Of a stretch of 64,000 bases of DNA, positions 1-9,985 are shown in pieces. How positions within the stretch are numbered: the stretch's first letter is position 1; each line of letters starts with the position of its first letter. Source of the DNA: Deferribacterales bacterium (GTDB lineage: Bacteria > Chrysiogenota > Deferribacteres > Deferribacterales > Geovibrionaceae); NCBI GenBank assembly GCA_050253075.1, contig JBFWJS010000002.1:288001-352000 (forward strand), read 5' to 3'. A model generated the notes under the pieces. It was not told where the DNA came from and ran no database searches. It saw only the letters and a program-made list of their open reading frames with translations. The translations under genes were made by a program, and so were the position numbers.

Positions 1-4
1 AGAG

Positions 5-901
5 ATGTCCGACGGACGTCTTAAAGTGACTGTATACGGCGGTGGAGAGCTCGTTCCTGCTATGCAGGCTTTCGACGCTGTCAGCCAGGGCATGGTGGAG
101 ATGGGGCACGCTTCATCTTACTACTGGGCGGGTAAATCACCTGCGACACAGTTCTTCTCGGCTGTTCCATACGGAATGAATGCTCAGCAGCTCAACTCTT
201 GGATATATCAGGGCGGCGGACAGGAGCTCTGGGACGAACTTTATGCTCAGTTCAACCTGAAGCCTTTCCTCTCCGGTAACACCGGATTCCAGATGGGCGG
301 TTGGTTCAATAAAGAGATCAACTCCATAGCGGATATCAAAGGACTCAAAATGAGGATCCCCGGACTCGGCGGTAAAGTTATCGCTAAGGCTGGCGGTGCT
401 GTAGTCCTTTCACCCGGCGGAGAGATATATACAAACCTCGAAAGAGGCGTTATAGATGCTACAGAATGGGTGGGACCATACCACGACTATATGATGGGAT
501 TCTATAAAGTGGCTAAGTTCTACTACTATCCCGGCTGGCACGAGTGCGGTTCTTCCACTGAGGTCTTCGTGAACAAATCCAAATACGAAGAACTGCCGGA
601 AGACCTTAAGCAGATAGTACAGGCGGCATGCGCCAGAGCAAACGTATGGATGCTCACTAAGTTCGAGTCTCAGAACAACATCTATCTGAAAAAGCTCGTA
701 AACGAACACCACGTTCAGCTTAAAAAATTCCCTGCTGACGTTCTCGCAAAGTTCAAAGTACTCAGCGAAGAAGTTATTCAGGAAGTTACAGAAAAGGATG
801 CGATGAGCAAAAAGGTTTACGAATCTTACAGCGCATTCAAAAAGGACATCAGCGAGTGGGCGAAGCTCTCCGAGGCTATGTTCTACGAAATGAACAAATA
901 A
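5..901 (+). CDS. dctP: TRAP transporter substrate-binding protein (DctP/TakP-like), probably 5' truncated by the window edge
   Basis: Motifs GGGELVP, YYWAGK, GLKMRIPG, GVIDATEW, YYYPGWHE; no signal peptide in view. Confidence 0.9.
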   Translation: MSDGRLKVTVYGGGELVPAMQAFDAVSQGMVEMGHASSYYWAGKSPATQFFSAVPYGMNAQQLNSWIYQGGGQELWDELYAQFNLKPFLSGNTGFQMGGWFNKEINSIADIKGLKMRIPGLGGKVIAKAGGAVVLSPGGEIYTNLERGVIDATEWVGPYHDYMMGFYKVAKFYYYPGWHECGSSTEVFVNKSKYEELPEDLKQIVQAACARANVWMLTKFESQNNIYLKKLVNEHHVQLKKFPADVLAKFKVLSEEVIQEVTEKDAMSKKVYESYSAFKKDISEWAKLSEAMFYEMNK

Positions 902-936
902 GCATACAACGCTATAAATGACAGTTACCTAAAACA

Positions 937-1073
937 GTCATTCTGAGGAGCCACTGGCGACATAAGAATCTCATAACCTTCAGCAAGCAATGACATATCG
1001 TCACTGTGACTGTAAATTAATGCTGACCAGGGGTTTGAGATCCCCACGCCTGCCGAAGCAGGCTCAGGATGAC
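937..1073. repeat. GTCAT-ended palindromic miniature element (REP/MITE-like)
   Basis: Terminal inverted repeat GTCATTCTGAG ... CTCAGGATGAC (10/11), internal GAATCTC/GAGATCC arms and a GCCTGC-CGAA-GCAGGC hairpin. Confidence 0.6.
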
Positions 1074-1095
1074 AAGAAAATATTTTCCGGAAACA

Positions 1096-1131
1096 AAAAT
1101 CCCCGGTGTTACTATAAACATCGGGGATTTT
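1096..1131. terminator. Bidirectional intrinsic terminator between convergent dctP and dctM
   Basis: AAAATCCCCGGTGTT-ACTATA-AACATCGGGGATTTT. Confidence 0.75.
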
Positions 1132-1220
1132 ATTATTGTAGATCAAACTTTCAACACACCTCCGGAACGCTTTGCCCAAAAGAGTGCCTTTTTTTATGTC
1201 ATAAATTACTTATCTTTTTA

Positions 1221-2543
1221 TCAGTTCTTAGCCAGTGCCTCAGGCAGCCATGTGACTATCTCAGGATACATAACAACAACAGCAAGCCCGATGAGCTGGA
1301 TGATGATGAAAGGTATGATACCCCTGTATATATGTCCCGTTGTCACATTCGACGGTGCGACCCCTTTCAGGAAGAACAGCGCAAAGCCGAACGGCGGAGT
1401 GAGGAAAGAAGTCTGCAGGTTCATAGCTATCAGAACACCTATCCACAGCAGGTTTATACCCATGTGTTCGAATATCGGCGCAACCACGGGAACGATGATG
1501 AACGTGATCTCAATGAAGTCTATGAAGAAGCCCGCAATGAATATGACGAGCATCACCACGGCGATAAATGCATAAGGCGAAAGGTCAGAGCCAATAATCA
1601 TATCCCTGAGGTAAACGTCTCCGTCGAGCCCTCTGAATACCAGTCCGAATGCTGTAGCACCCACAAGGATAATGAAAACCATAGATGTCAGGGCTGTTGT
1701 CTCTTTCATAACGGCCTTCAGAGTGGCATATTTCAGCTTACCCTGAACGGCTGTGAGGAAAGTAGCACCAAAAGCACCTACAGCAGCGGCTTCAGTTGGC
1801 GATGCAACACCTTTGAATATAGAGCCGAGAACGCAGAGTATCAGCGCAAACGGCGGTAAAAATGCTTTCATTATACGTGCGAGCATTGCCCAGCCTTTGA
1901 AATCTGCGAGTTCTTCAGCAGGCATAGCAGGGGCAGACTTCGGACGTGTGAAAGCCACTATCATAATCCATACAAAATAAAGCCCGACGAGCATGAATCC
2001 CGGCAGTACAGCCCCCATGAACATATCACCGATGGACACATTCAGGATGCTGCCCAGAAGGACAAGTACGATGGACGGCGGGATGATCTGTCCGAGAGTA
2101 CCCGCAGAGCAGATGGTACCGGTGGCGACCTCAGGGCTGTACCCACGCTTCAGCATGGTAGGCAGACTGAGCAGACCCATAGTGACCACTGTGGCACCGA
2201 CTATCCCCGTAGAGGCAGCGAGCAGTGCACCCACCACAATAACAGATATAGCCAGACCGCCCCTTACCCTGCCGAAAAGCAGCGCCATAGTCTCGAGCAG
2301 TTCTTCGGCCAGACCGGATTTCTCCAGCATGACACCCATATATACAAAGAGGGGAACGGCTATCATAACATAGTTGGTCATGACGCCCCATATCCTCAGA
2401 GGAAGCAGATTAAAGAAATCGAGCCCGAATGTGAAGTATCCGAACACAAGCGAAACACCGCCGAGGGTGAACGCAACAGGGAAACCAAACATAAGCAGTA
2501 TGAAAAGAGAAAGGAAGAGTAATATAGGGAGCATCTCAGCCAT
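1221..2543 (-). CDS. dctM: TRAP transporter large permease
   Basis: Highly hydrophobic; [24 protein letters not shown] motifs; start set at MAEML after AGGAGG. Confidence 0.93.
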   Translation of the reverse strand: MAEMLPILLFLSLFILLMFGFPVAFTLGGVSLVFGYFTFGLDFFNLLPLRIWGVMTNYVMIAVPLFVYMGVMLEKSGLAEELLETMALLFGRVRGGLAISVIVVGALLAASTGIVGATVVTMGLLSLPTMLKRGYSPEVATGTICSAGTLGQIIPPSIVLVLLGSILNVSIGDMFMGAVLPGFMLVGLYFVWIMIVAFTRPKSAPAMPAEELADFKGWAMLARIMKAFLPPFALILCVLGSIFKGVASPTEAAAVGAFGATFLTAVQGKLKYATLKAVMKETTALTSMVFIILVGATAFGLVFRGLDGDVYLRDMIIGSDLSPYAFIAVVMLVIFIAGFFIDFIEITFIIVPVVAPIFEHMGINLLWIGVLIAMNLQTSFLTPPFGFALFFLKGVAPSNVTTGHIYRGIIPFIIIQLIGLAVVVMYPEIVTWLPEALAKN

Positions 2544-3072
2544 TGGCTTCCTCCTTATCACCTGCGAGGGTCAGCACAGACCTTGCAGCCAGAGCCAGCC
2601 CCTGAAGAAAAAGCAGGGCAAAACCGATGCCTATGAAGGACTTCAGGATCCATCTGTTTGTCAGACCGCCCGGGTCAGGGGAAACCTCATGAAAGACATA
2701 AGCATTTTTCGCAAAAGGGATGCTCGTCTTCACCACCAGCAGGCAGAAAGGGAGCAGGAAAAGCAGTGTGCCCGCCAGATTCACGATAGCCTTGGTCTTT
2801 GGGCTGAATCTGGTGTAAAGCACGTCCACACGGACATGATTATCCAGCTTCAGGGTGTAAGCAGCGCCCAGAAGGAATATTACGGCAAAAAGATGCCACT
2901 CAAACTCCTGCACGGCAACAGAGCTGTCACGCAGGACATATCTTGTAAAAACATCGTAACAAACGATAAGCACCAGAGCCGTAGTCAGCCACGATGTGAT
3001 ATAGCCTATTTTGCCGTTCACATTGTTGGCAAAATTCTCTATAAATCTCAAAAACTTCAAAACATGCTCCAA
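2536..3072 (-). CDS. dctQ: TRAP transporter small permease
   Basis: Four TM segments, QEFEWHLF and HVRVD motifs; the start may be the TTG at 3060. Confidence 0.9.
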   Translation of the reverse strand: MEHVLKFLRFIENFANNVNGKIGYITSWLTTALVLIVCYDVFTRYVLRDSSVAVQEFEWHLFAVIFLLGAAYTLKLDNHVRVDVLYTRFSPKTKAIVNLAGTLLFLLPFCLLVVKTSIPFAKNAYVFHEVSPDPGGLTNRWILKSFIGIGFALLFLQGLALAARSVLTLAGDKEEANG

Positions 3073-3345
3073 AATTTATTAATTATATTAAATAACTTTT
3101 ACAAATATAAAACATAGACGTCTTTTTTACGCCTTAATCAATTATATTTCAAGAAAAATCGGATAGATTAAGATTGCTGATAAAAAATCAGATAAACCAT
3201 CCAAAACAAGGCTCATAATATATATGTATGAAACATCTTTACATGCATATTACATGTCTAGATTATTATTACATGTCAATAACTTACGCTTGACCGCATC
3301 ATAAAAAAATGCAATCTCTCTTTATACGAGCCATAAGGTGAAAAC

Positions 3346-4533
3346 ATGAAAGAGAGATACGCAGAGCTGAACAGCAGCGAATTCGGAAGAATGTATTCGT
3401 TCATACCGTTCCTGAATGAAGAGTCGGCAGAAGCATTCGAAGCGGAAAGGAGCGAGCTCCTCTCCAAACTGAGCGGACATGTAAAATGGACGCACAGAAA
3501 TACGAAAGCAGATGCGTCATCTCTGTCTAACGGATGCAGACTCTGCGGAGAAGGGCTTTGGTCGTGCCTTTTCATAAACGGACGATGCAACTGTGACTGT
3601 TTCTACTGCCCTGCTTCTCAGGACGAACAGTGCAAACCAACAACCAACGCCGTCACCTTCGACAGCCCCGATGAATACGTCGCCTATCTGAGAGAGTTCG
3701 GATACAGGGGCGCAAGCATCAGCGGGGGCGAACCTCTCCTGACACCTGAGCTGACCGTCAGCTACATATCCGCTGTAAAGCAGGCCTTCGGCGATGAAAT
3801 GTATGTGTGGATGTATACCAACGGCACACTGGTCACACCGCAGATAATAGAAAAGCTGAAAAACGCAGGGCTGAACGAGATACGTTTCGACATCGGCGCA
3901 ACAGACTATGACCTCTCAAAGCTGAAGCTAGCCGTGGGGCACATCCCCGTTGTCACAGTCGAAGTACCCGCCGTACCCGAAGAATACGACAGAATGAAAG
4001 ACACAGCGAAAGAGCTGGCAGACCTCGGGGTGAAGCACCTGAACCTGCACCAGCTCCGCCTCACCCCATACAACTTTGAAAAACTGATAGAGAGAGACTA
4101 TCACTACATCAGCAACGAATCCGTGCTTGTCGCCGAATCTGAGCTCACTGCTTTGAAGCTGATGCTCTATACAAAAGAGAACGGCATAGACCTCCCCGTC
4201 AATTACTGCTCATTTGCCTATAAGAATAGATATCAGGGCTATGCATCACGGAAACGCTGCATAGAGCACATGATAAAAGACGAAGAGGTAATGACCGAAA
4301 ACGGATATATCAGAAACCTGACAGTCGATGACTCAGGGGAAAAGACCGTGAAATACTTCTCCGCCAGACAGCTTAACTCTGTCAGCTACAGAAACCCTTT
4401 CAAAAATATCACTCTCACCGAAGGGAAAAAGATAGTTATAGAAAGATTTCAGGTCAGCCCGGATATGCCCGAAGGTTCGGAAGAAAGCCACAGGTTCGAA
4501 AAATTTGAAGAGGGTCTCCTCCGTTACCGTTGA
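3346..4533 (+). CDS. Radical SAM protein (uncharacterised, COG2108-like)
   Basis: CNCDCFYC (CxxxCxxC), SGGEP, YTNG; extra GCRLC pair upstream. Confidence 0.85.
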   Translation: MKERYAELNSSEFGRMYSFIPFLNEESAEAFEAERSELLSKLSGHVKWTHRNTKADASSLSNGCRLCGEGLWSCLFINGRCNCDCFYCPASQDEQCKPTTNAVTFDSPDEYVAYLREFGYRGASISGGEPLLTPELTVSYISAVKQAFGDEMYVWMYTNGTLVTPQIIEKLKNAGLNEIRFDIGATDYDLSKLKLAVGHIPVVTVEVPAVPEEYDRMKDTAKELADLGVKHLNLHQLRLTPYNFEKLIERDYHYISNESVLVAESELTALKLMLYTKENGIDLPVNYCSFAYKNRYQGYASRKRCIEHMIKDEEVMTENGYIRNLTVDDSGEKTVKYFSARQLNSVSYRNPFKNITLTEGKKIVIERFQVSPDMPEGSEESHRFEKFEEGLLRYR

Positions 4534-4558
4534 CATACCTCGCATCTGCCAATATAAT
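4530..4558 (+). promoter_or_regulatory. Consensus sigma70 promoter; predicted start site at or next to the ATG at 4564
   Basis: TTGACA (4530-4535), 17-nt spacer, TATAAT (4553-4558). Confidence 0.75.
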
Positions 4559-4563
4559 ATCAC

Positions 4564-5835
4564 ATGAATAATATAACGGTATTATATTACCTTTTATCAG
4601 GACCTATATACTATCAAGTAGTACATAACAGAAAAAGACTGCATGTGCTAAAAAGAGAAGTCCTGAAAGAAATAGAATACTTTTTTGAAAAACGCTACGT
4701 CCACAGAGAAGAATGGCATAAGAGATATTTCAGACTGCTCAGCGCCGTCTTCTGTGTGAATCTGATAGCCAGACGCATCGAAAGAAGGATGTACCCTTCC
4801 CTATGCGCAAACGGAGACACTTACTCCCGCTTTGCCATGGCGACCATGCTCGCACTGAAAGAATATAACAATAACAGACAGAAATTCTATTTCAACCCAG
4901 ACATGTTCATGTCCGTTACAGACCTCATACTGGAGCTGAACAAACGGGTCAACAGCTACTGCGATCACAAAGGCTGCTGCTACTCCTCAGAGCATATGAT
5001 ACATGCAAACACCCCAATGGGCATCGAGCTGGAATTCTCAAACAGGGGAAAGACTGCGGGGAGACTGTTCGAATCGGCAAAGAACGACGCAATGCTCAAT
5101 TTTTCCAAATATCATTATTACCACCTTACGAAATTCATGTGGCGTTTCGGTGCATATGTAGATGCTGAGATGCCCTTTAAGCAGTTCATACGCAAAGGCG
5201 GATTTCTGGAATATACATTTACCCGCCCGGACATCACCTTCACCCCTTCACAGCCTTTGTCCACAAGCCCCGCTCTTTCTGCAAGGCTCATCGAAGAAGC
5301 TATAAAATTCACTCCTATAAAGCCCCACAGCCTCCATGTGACATTCCAGACTGAAAGCAAATGTAAAAAACTGCCAAAACCGACTTTTGAGGATATCCAG
5401 CACATATTTCTATGCACTGGCCATTTCAAAGAAGGTGTCGAAACACGCATACTGGAAAAAAACATGAAAAACTGGGCACTGATGCGGGACAGGCGCAACG
5501 ACAAAGGCTGGGTCTCCACCGTTGAATTCACACATATGCGTGCCTGCCGTGAATTCGCCCGACGCAAAACATATGAGCCGTCTATCCTGACACTCTTAGC
5601 CTGTAAAAACATCTTTAGTTTTTATGATATTGACCTATATTCTAATAAACTGCTGAAATGGGCAGAGAAACCGACACTGCCAAAGGAGGGCACAGAGGAC
5701 TTTTTCTCCCGTCTGGAGCGGGGGCTTGAAGTTGAAATCTCTCTCCCCGTATGGTATAGAAAAGAAGCAATGAAGCGCATCCGACAGCTTTACGAATACA
5801 ACGTCGGACAAATAAACGGAGAAGGTTTTGGCTAG
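4564..5835 (+). CDS. Hypothetical protein, putative divergent amidoligase (COOH-NH2 ligase, glutamate-cysteine ligase fold)
   Basis: GIELEF, FLEYT, SLHVT, VEFTHMR occur in the order expected for the family; overlaps a GGCT gene. Confidence 0.5.
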   Translation: MNNITVLYYLLSGPIYYQVVHNRKRLHVLKREVLKEIEYFFEKRYVHREEWHKRYFRLLSAVFCVNLIARRIERRMYPSLCANGDTYSRFAMATMLALKEYNNNRQKFYFNPDMFMSVTDLILELNKRVNSYCDHKGCCYSSEHMIHANTPMGIELEFSNRGKTAGRLFESAKNDAMLNFSKYHYYHLTKFMWRFGAYVDAEMPFKQFIRKGGFLEYTFTRPDITFTPSQPLSTSPALSARLIEEAIKFTPIKPHSLHVTFQTESKCKKLPKPTFEDIQHIFLCTGHFKEGVETRILEKNMKNWALMRDRRNDKGWVSTVEFTHMRACREFARRKTYEPSILTLLACKNIFSFYDIDLYSNKLLKWAEKPTLPKEGTEDFFSRLERGLEVEISLPVWYRKEAMKRIRQLYEYNVGQINGEGFG

Positions 5836-6328
5836 AAGCTACACTGTTTTCACTTACGGCTCTCTGATGCAGGGTTTTTACGGTCACAGCGAATTCATGC
5901 AGAATGCAGAATACCTCGGAGAGGCCAGCCTCTGCGGAGACCTTCGTTTCTTCTGTTCCGATTATCCCATACTAATACACAATGAAACCAACAGCCTCGT
6001 AAAAGGCGAGCTCTACCGAGTGGATACCCAGACCATGAAAGAGCTACGAAAATATGAAGGACTGAAAGACCCCTTCACATGCTACACGGAAAAAGTAGTA
6101 AAAGTGCATACGGAAAAAGGCGATAAAGTCGCCAGAGCCTTTGTTGTGGCTCCCATACTGGAATTCCCCATACTTTTCACATCCAGACATATACCTGAAA
6201 GAGACTGGAGAGTCTTTGTATCCAAAGGCAAACGATTACCCATACCGAAACCCCTCGCACTCCTCTTTGGCGCATGTATATTAAGCGCTGCCGTATATGA
6301 ATTAATGCACGGTATAGGACTTATCTAG
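5828..6328 (+). CDS. Gamma-glutamylcyclotransferase (AIG2-like) family protein with a C-terminal hydrophobic helix
   Basis: VFTYGSLM, VKGELYRV, LRKYEG motifs. Confidence 0.85.
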   Translation: MARSYTVFTYGSLMQGFYGHSEFMQNAEYLGEASLCGDLRFFCSDYPILIHNETNSLVKGELYRVDTQTMKELRKYEGLKDPFTCYTEKVVKVHTEKGDKVARAFVVAPILEFPILFTSRHIPERDWRVFVSKGKRLPIPKPLALLFGACILSAAVYELMHGIGLI

Positions 6329-7638
6329 GATTTTGTCATCTCCTCCGCCTCCGGCATGAGAACAGCCAGAAACGCACCTGCAAGGCTCACAACACCGAGA
6401 ACAGCCAAGGCATACGGCGATCCATACTTATCCGCCACTATTCCCAGAAAGCTGGTTCCGAGAGCCAGCACACCTATCAGACTGTTGCTGAAAGCCGTAA
6501 ATGTCGGACGCTCTGCCTTTGGAGCGGCATCGACGATGTATGTCTTTCTGCCGAGGCGCACGCCTGATTCCGCCAGACCTATCATCAGAAATGACAGACC
6601 TATCAGCCCGAAGGACAGCGTATGGTTTGAAACCACAAGGGCAAAAAGAGCGACACCGGATGCAGCAGCACTGATAACACCGCTGTATATAAGCACTGTA
6701 CGGCTTGTCTTATCCGCCAGCTTTCCCCAGAAGGGGCTGCTGATGAGCTGTGATATACCTATGGCAGTGATAAACATCCCCACTGCCCCCGCCGTACTCT
6801 CTATCTTCTGATTTGCAAACAGCACAAAATAAGGCACTGCAACCTCCACAGCGAGAAGGAGTGCACGCACATATAAATGCAGTCTGAATCCTTTGAACCT
6901 TTTAAAATTCAGAAAGCCCGCACCCGCCTCTTCGATGGCGTTCCTGCCCCCTTCGGTCGCACCTGCATCCTCTTTTATCGCTCCAAAGAACATGGCAGAC
7001 GCAAACCAGAGAAAAGCTCCGCAGGCGACCATATAATACACGGCATGGTTTCCGACATCCACATGGGGCTTGCCTATGATGAGCCCTGCCGCTATGGTCA
7101 GTATCCCGCCCACAAGAGCCCTTGCAGATAAAAGTCCGCCTCGGCGTCCTTTATCTATCGTTTTGCCCAGCACATCCTGAAATGCGACGGATGCCGTACC
7201 GCTGGCGGTGCTGAAAACAGCCAAAAGTAAAAGTATAACAAGAGCACCAAAAACAGGAGATAAAAATAAACCCGCAGGTATCATAGCAAAAAGACACAGT
7301 GCCTGAAGCACCCCTGCGGACGTCCACACGTGCTTCCTGACGGCAAGTCTGCGTATGTATCCCGCCGCAAATAACTGCGGTATTAAAGAGAACGCCTGTT
7401 TCATCGGCATAACAAGCCCCATAGACCACGCCGGAGCGCCGATTATGGTGAGCAGCCACGGAATGACAATATTAGGCCCCGAGACCTGCTCAGCGAGCTT
7501 TGAGCATGACCCGTTGAACAGATTCATACGGTAATTATGTTCGGAATGTTTACAAGCAATTTCGGGTATATCCCTGCATGCTCTCTCTGTATTATCTTCG
7601 CCTGTCAGTATACTTAGCATCTTCAGACTGAGTGTCAT
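6325..7638 (-). CDS. MFS transporter
   Basis: About 12 TM segments; WGKLADKTSR motif-A-like. Confidence 0.8.
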   Translation of the reverse strand: MTLSLKMLSILTGEDNTERACRDIPEIACKHSEHNYRMNLFNGSCSKLAEQVSGPNIVIPWLLTIIGAPAWSMGLVMPMKQAFSLIPQLFAAGYIRRLAVRKHVWTSAGVLQALCLFAMIPAGLFLSPVFGALVILLLLAVFSTASGTASVAFQDVLGKTIDKGRRGGLLSARALVGGILTIAAGLIIGKPHVDVGNHAVYYMVACGAFLWFASAMFFGAIKEDAGATEGGRNAIEEAGAGFLNFKRFKGFRLHLYVRALLLAVEVAVPYFVLFANQKIESTAGAVGMFITAIGISQLISSPFWGKLADKTSRTVLIYSGVISAAASGVALFALVVSNHTLSFGLIGLSFLMIGLAESGVRLGRKTYIVDAAPKAERPTFTAFSNSLIGVLALGTSFLGIVADKYGSPYALAVLGVVSLAGAFLAVLMPEAEEMTKS

Positions 7639-7956
7639 TTTGATCTCCATCTAACTTTCTAAAAACCATTTTAGCATAATTAATAATTAAATTAAAACCA
7701 GTAACTCTTACTCCCGTGCATGACGCATCAATTTCCCTATACACATGTACACAATAGAACAATTGCCGATTTACGCCATTTTCAAACACTATTTCCATTT
7801 CACAATGGCTTAAATTAAATAGTTCTTGCTTTAATCCGGTTAATATGTTTATATAATATTCGTGACATCTATTTAAACAGTCACTCCCACCATTATTTGC
7901 ATACGACACGATACATTTTAACTTTTGAAAATTACTAACATTAGAAGAGGTTTAAT

Positions 7957-9060
7957 ATGTCTGAGAACTCTCTGTTTGCAGCAGGGCTCAACAGGCGTGA
8001 TTTTCTGCGTTTAAGCGCAGGACTTACCGCTATGATGGGACTGCCGTATGCAATGCACACTAAGGTAGCCGAGGCTGCCACCGCCGATGACAGACCGCCT
8101 GTTATCTGGCTTCACTTTCAGGAATGTACCGGTTGTTCAGAATCGCTCATCCGCTCCGGTCACCCGGACCCTGCGGCACTTATCCTTGATCTTATATCAC
8201 TGGATTATCATGAGACACTCATGGCCGGCTCCGGACATCAGGCGGAACACTCACTAAAAGAAAGCATGAAAAACAACTGGGGCAACTATATACTTGTTGT
8301 CGAAGGCGCCGTACCACTCGGCGATGACGGAATCTACTGCAAAGTTGCAGGAAAGAAAGCTGTCGATTCACTTAAAGAAGCATCCGAAGGAGCCGCAGCG
8401 GTTATATGTATCGGAACCTGCTCAGCGTTCGGCGGTGTACAGGCTGCAGATCCAAACCCAACAAATGCAGTTTCCGCTTCCAGCCTTGTGAAAGACAGAC
8501 CTGTTATCAACGTGCCCGGATGTCCTCCTAGCCCGTACAATCTGCTTTCCACTATACTTTACTACCTTACATTTAAAAAACTGCCTAAGCTCGATGCCCT
8601 CGGCAGACCTGAATTTGCTTACGGACGCAGAATCCACGAGCACTGCGAACGCAGACCTCACTTCGATGCAGGCCGCTTCGCAGAAGAATTCGGCGACAAA
8701 GGCCACTCTGAAGGCTACTGTCTTTATAAACTCGGCTGCAAAGGCCCTGTAACATTCGCTAACTGTTCCGTACAGAGATTCAACGATGTGGGCGTATGGC
8801 CCGTATCTATGGGTCACCCGTGTATCGGCTGTACAGAGCCGGATGTTATGTTCCATACATCTATATACGACAAGGTTCAGATACACGAAGTCACACCACC
8901 TGACTTCTATCCTAATGCAAAACCTTCCAAACGCGGCAAGGGAGCTGACCCTCTCACCACAGGCGTCGTCGGCGTTGTAGCCGGTGCTGCTATCGGTGCG
9001 AGCGCCATGATGGCGAAAAAGCTGCCTAAGGGGGTCGAAGATGAAGAAGACGAGGCGTGA
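7957..9060 (+). CDS. hybO: [NiFe] hydrogenase small subunit (Hyd-2 type)
   Basis: Tat motif NRRDFL; ECTGCSES, PGCPP, CLYKLGCKGP, HPCIGC; C-terminal TM. Confidence 0.92.
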   Translation: MSENSLFAAGLNRRDFLRLSAGLTAMMGLPYAMHTKVAEAATADDRPPVIWLHFQECTGCSESLIRSGHPDPAALILDLISLDYHETLMAGSGHQAEHSLKESMKNNWGNYILVVEGAVPLGDDGIYCKVAGKKAVDSLKEASEGAAAVICIGTCSAFGGVQAADPNPTNAVSASSLVKDRPVINVPGCPPSPYNLLSTILYYLTFKKLPKLDALGRPEFAYGRRIHEHCERRPHFDAGRFAEEFGDKGHSEGYCLYKLGCKGPVTFANCSVQRFNDVGVWPVSMGHPCIGCTEPDVMFHTSIYDKVQIHEVTPPDFYPNAKPSKRGKGADPLTTGVVGVVAGAAIGASAMMAKKLPKGVEDEEDEA

Positions 9061-9985
9061 TTTTATAAAATCCGCCGCAGCCGGAGGCGCTCTTCTTCTC
9101 TCCCCAATGGGAGCTCATGCAGACGAAACCGACCTTAAGGCGGATGACGAAGCAGTAGGCATGCTTTATGACTCTACGCTCTGCGTAGGCTGCAAGGCGT
9201 GTGTGACCAGATGTAAGCAGGTAAACGACATGGAGGCTGTCTCATCTCCTAATGATAATGACAGACTCTGGGACTCTCCTGATGATCTGGACTACAGAAC
9301 AAGAAACATCATCAAACTTTTCAAAGACGACGAATACTTCTCATACGTGAAGCATCAGTGCATGCACTGTATCAAGCCTTCATGTGTTTCTGCCTGCCCT
9401 GTCAGCGCAATGCAGAAAGAAGAGAAACGCGGTATCGTCTTCTATGACAAAGATAAGTGTATCGGATGCCGTTACTGTCAGGTAGCGTGCCCGTTCAACA
9501 TACCTAAATTTGAGTGGCCGAAACCTTTCCCTAAGATAGTGAAATGCGACCTTTGCAAATACACTAACCTTAAGGTGAAGAACGAACCTGCATGCTGTGA
9601 AACATGCCCTACAAGTGCTGTTATCTACGGTAAGCGTAAAGACCTGCTCAAAGAAGCAAAGATGCGCATGGCCGCCCATCCTGAGAAATATCAGCAGGAG
9701 ATATACGGCGAGCATGAGGTAGGGGGTACAAATGTTATCTACCTCGCAGGCACATCTTTCGAAAACCTCGGCTTCCCTATGCTGGAGAAAGAATCCGCCG
9801 CTGTTATGTCTGAGCACATTCAGCACACTATCTACAAGGGCTTCATAGCTCCTGTGGCTCTTTACGGATTCCTCGCTATGGTCGCTCTGAAAAACAGAAA
9901 GACAGCGCATCAGGTAGAACAGGAACACGAGATAGACCATGAGATAGAAGAAGAACTGAAGAAAAAAGATGAGGGGGATAAGTAA
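9041..9985 (+). CDS. hybA: Hydrogenase-2 4Fe-4S ferredoxin subunit
   Basis: Tat motif TRRDFI, four 4Fe-4S Cys motifs, EHIQHTIYKG before a TM anchor. Confidence 0.92.
   Translation: MKKTRRDFIKSAAAGGALLLSPMGAHADETDLKADDEAVGMLYDSTLCVGCKACVTRCKQVNDMEAVSSPNDNDRLWDSPDDLDYRTRNIIKLFKDDEYFSYVKHQCMHCIKPSCVSACPVSAMQKEEKRGIVFYDKDKCIGCRYCQVACPFNIPKFEWPKPFPKIVKCDLCKYTNLKVKNEPACCETCPTSAVIYGKRKDLLKEAKMRMAAHPEKYQQEIYGEHEVGGTNVIYLAGTSFENLGFPMLEKESAAVMSEHIQHTIYKGFIAPVALYGFLAMVALKNRKTAHQVEQEHEIDHEIEEELKKKDEGDK

Noticed and set aside
990..3117. Long plus-strand ORFs (990-1859, 1069-1575, 2374-3117)
   Set aside because: Antisense shadows of dctM and dctQ with no recognisable motifs.
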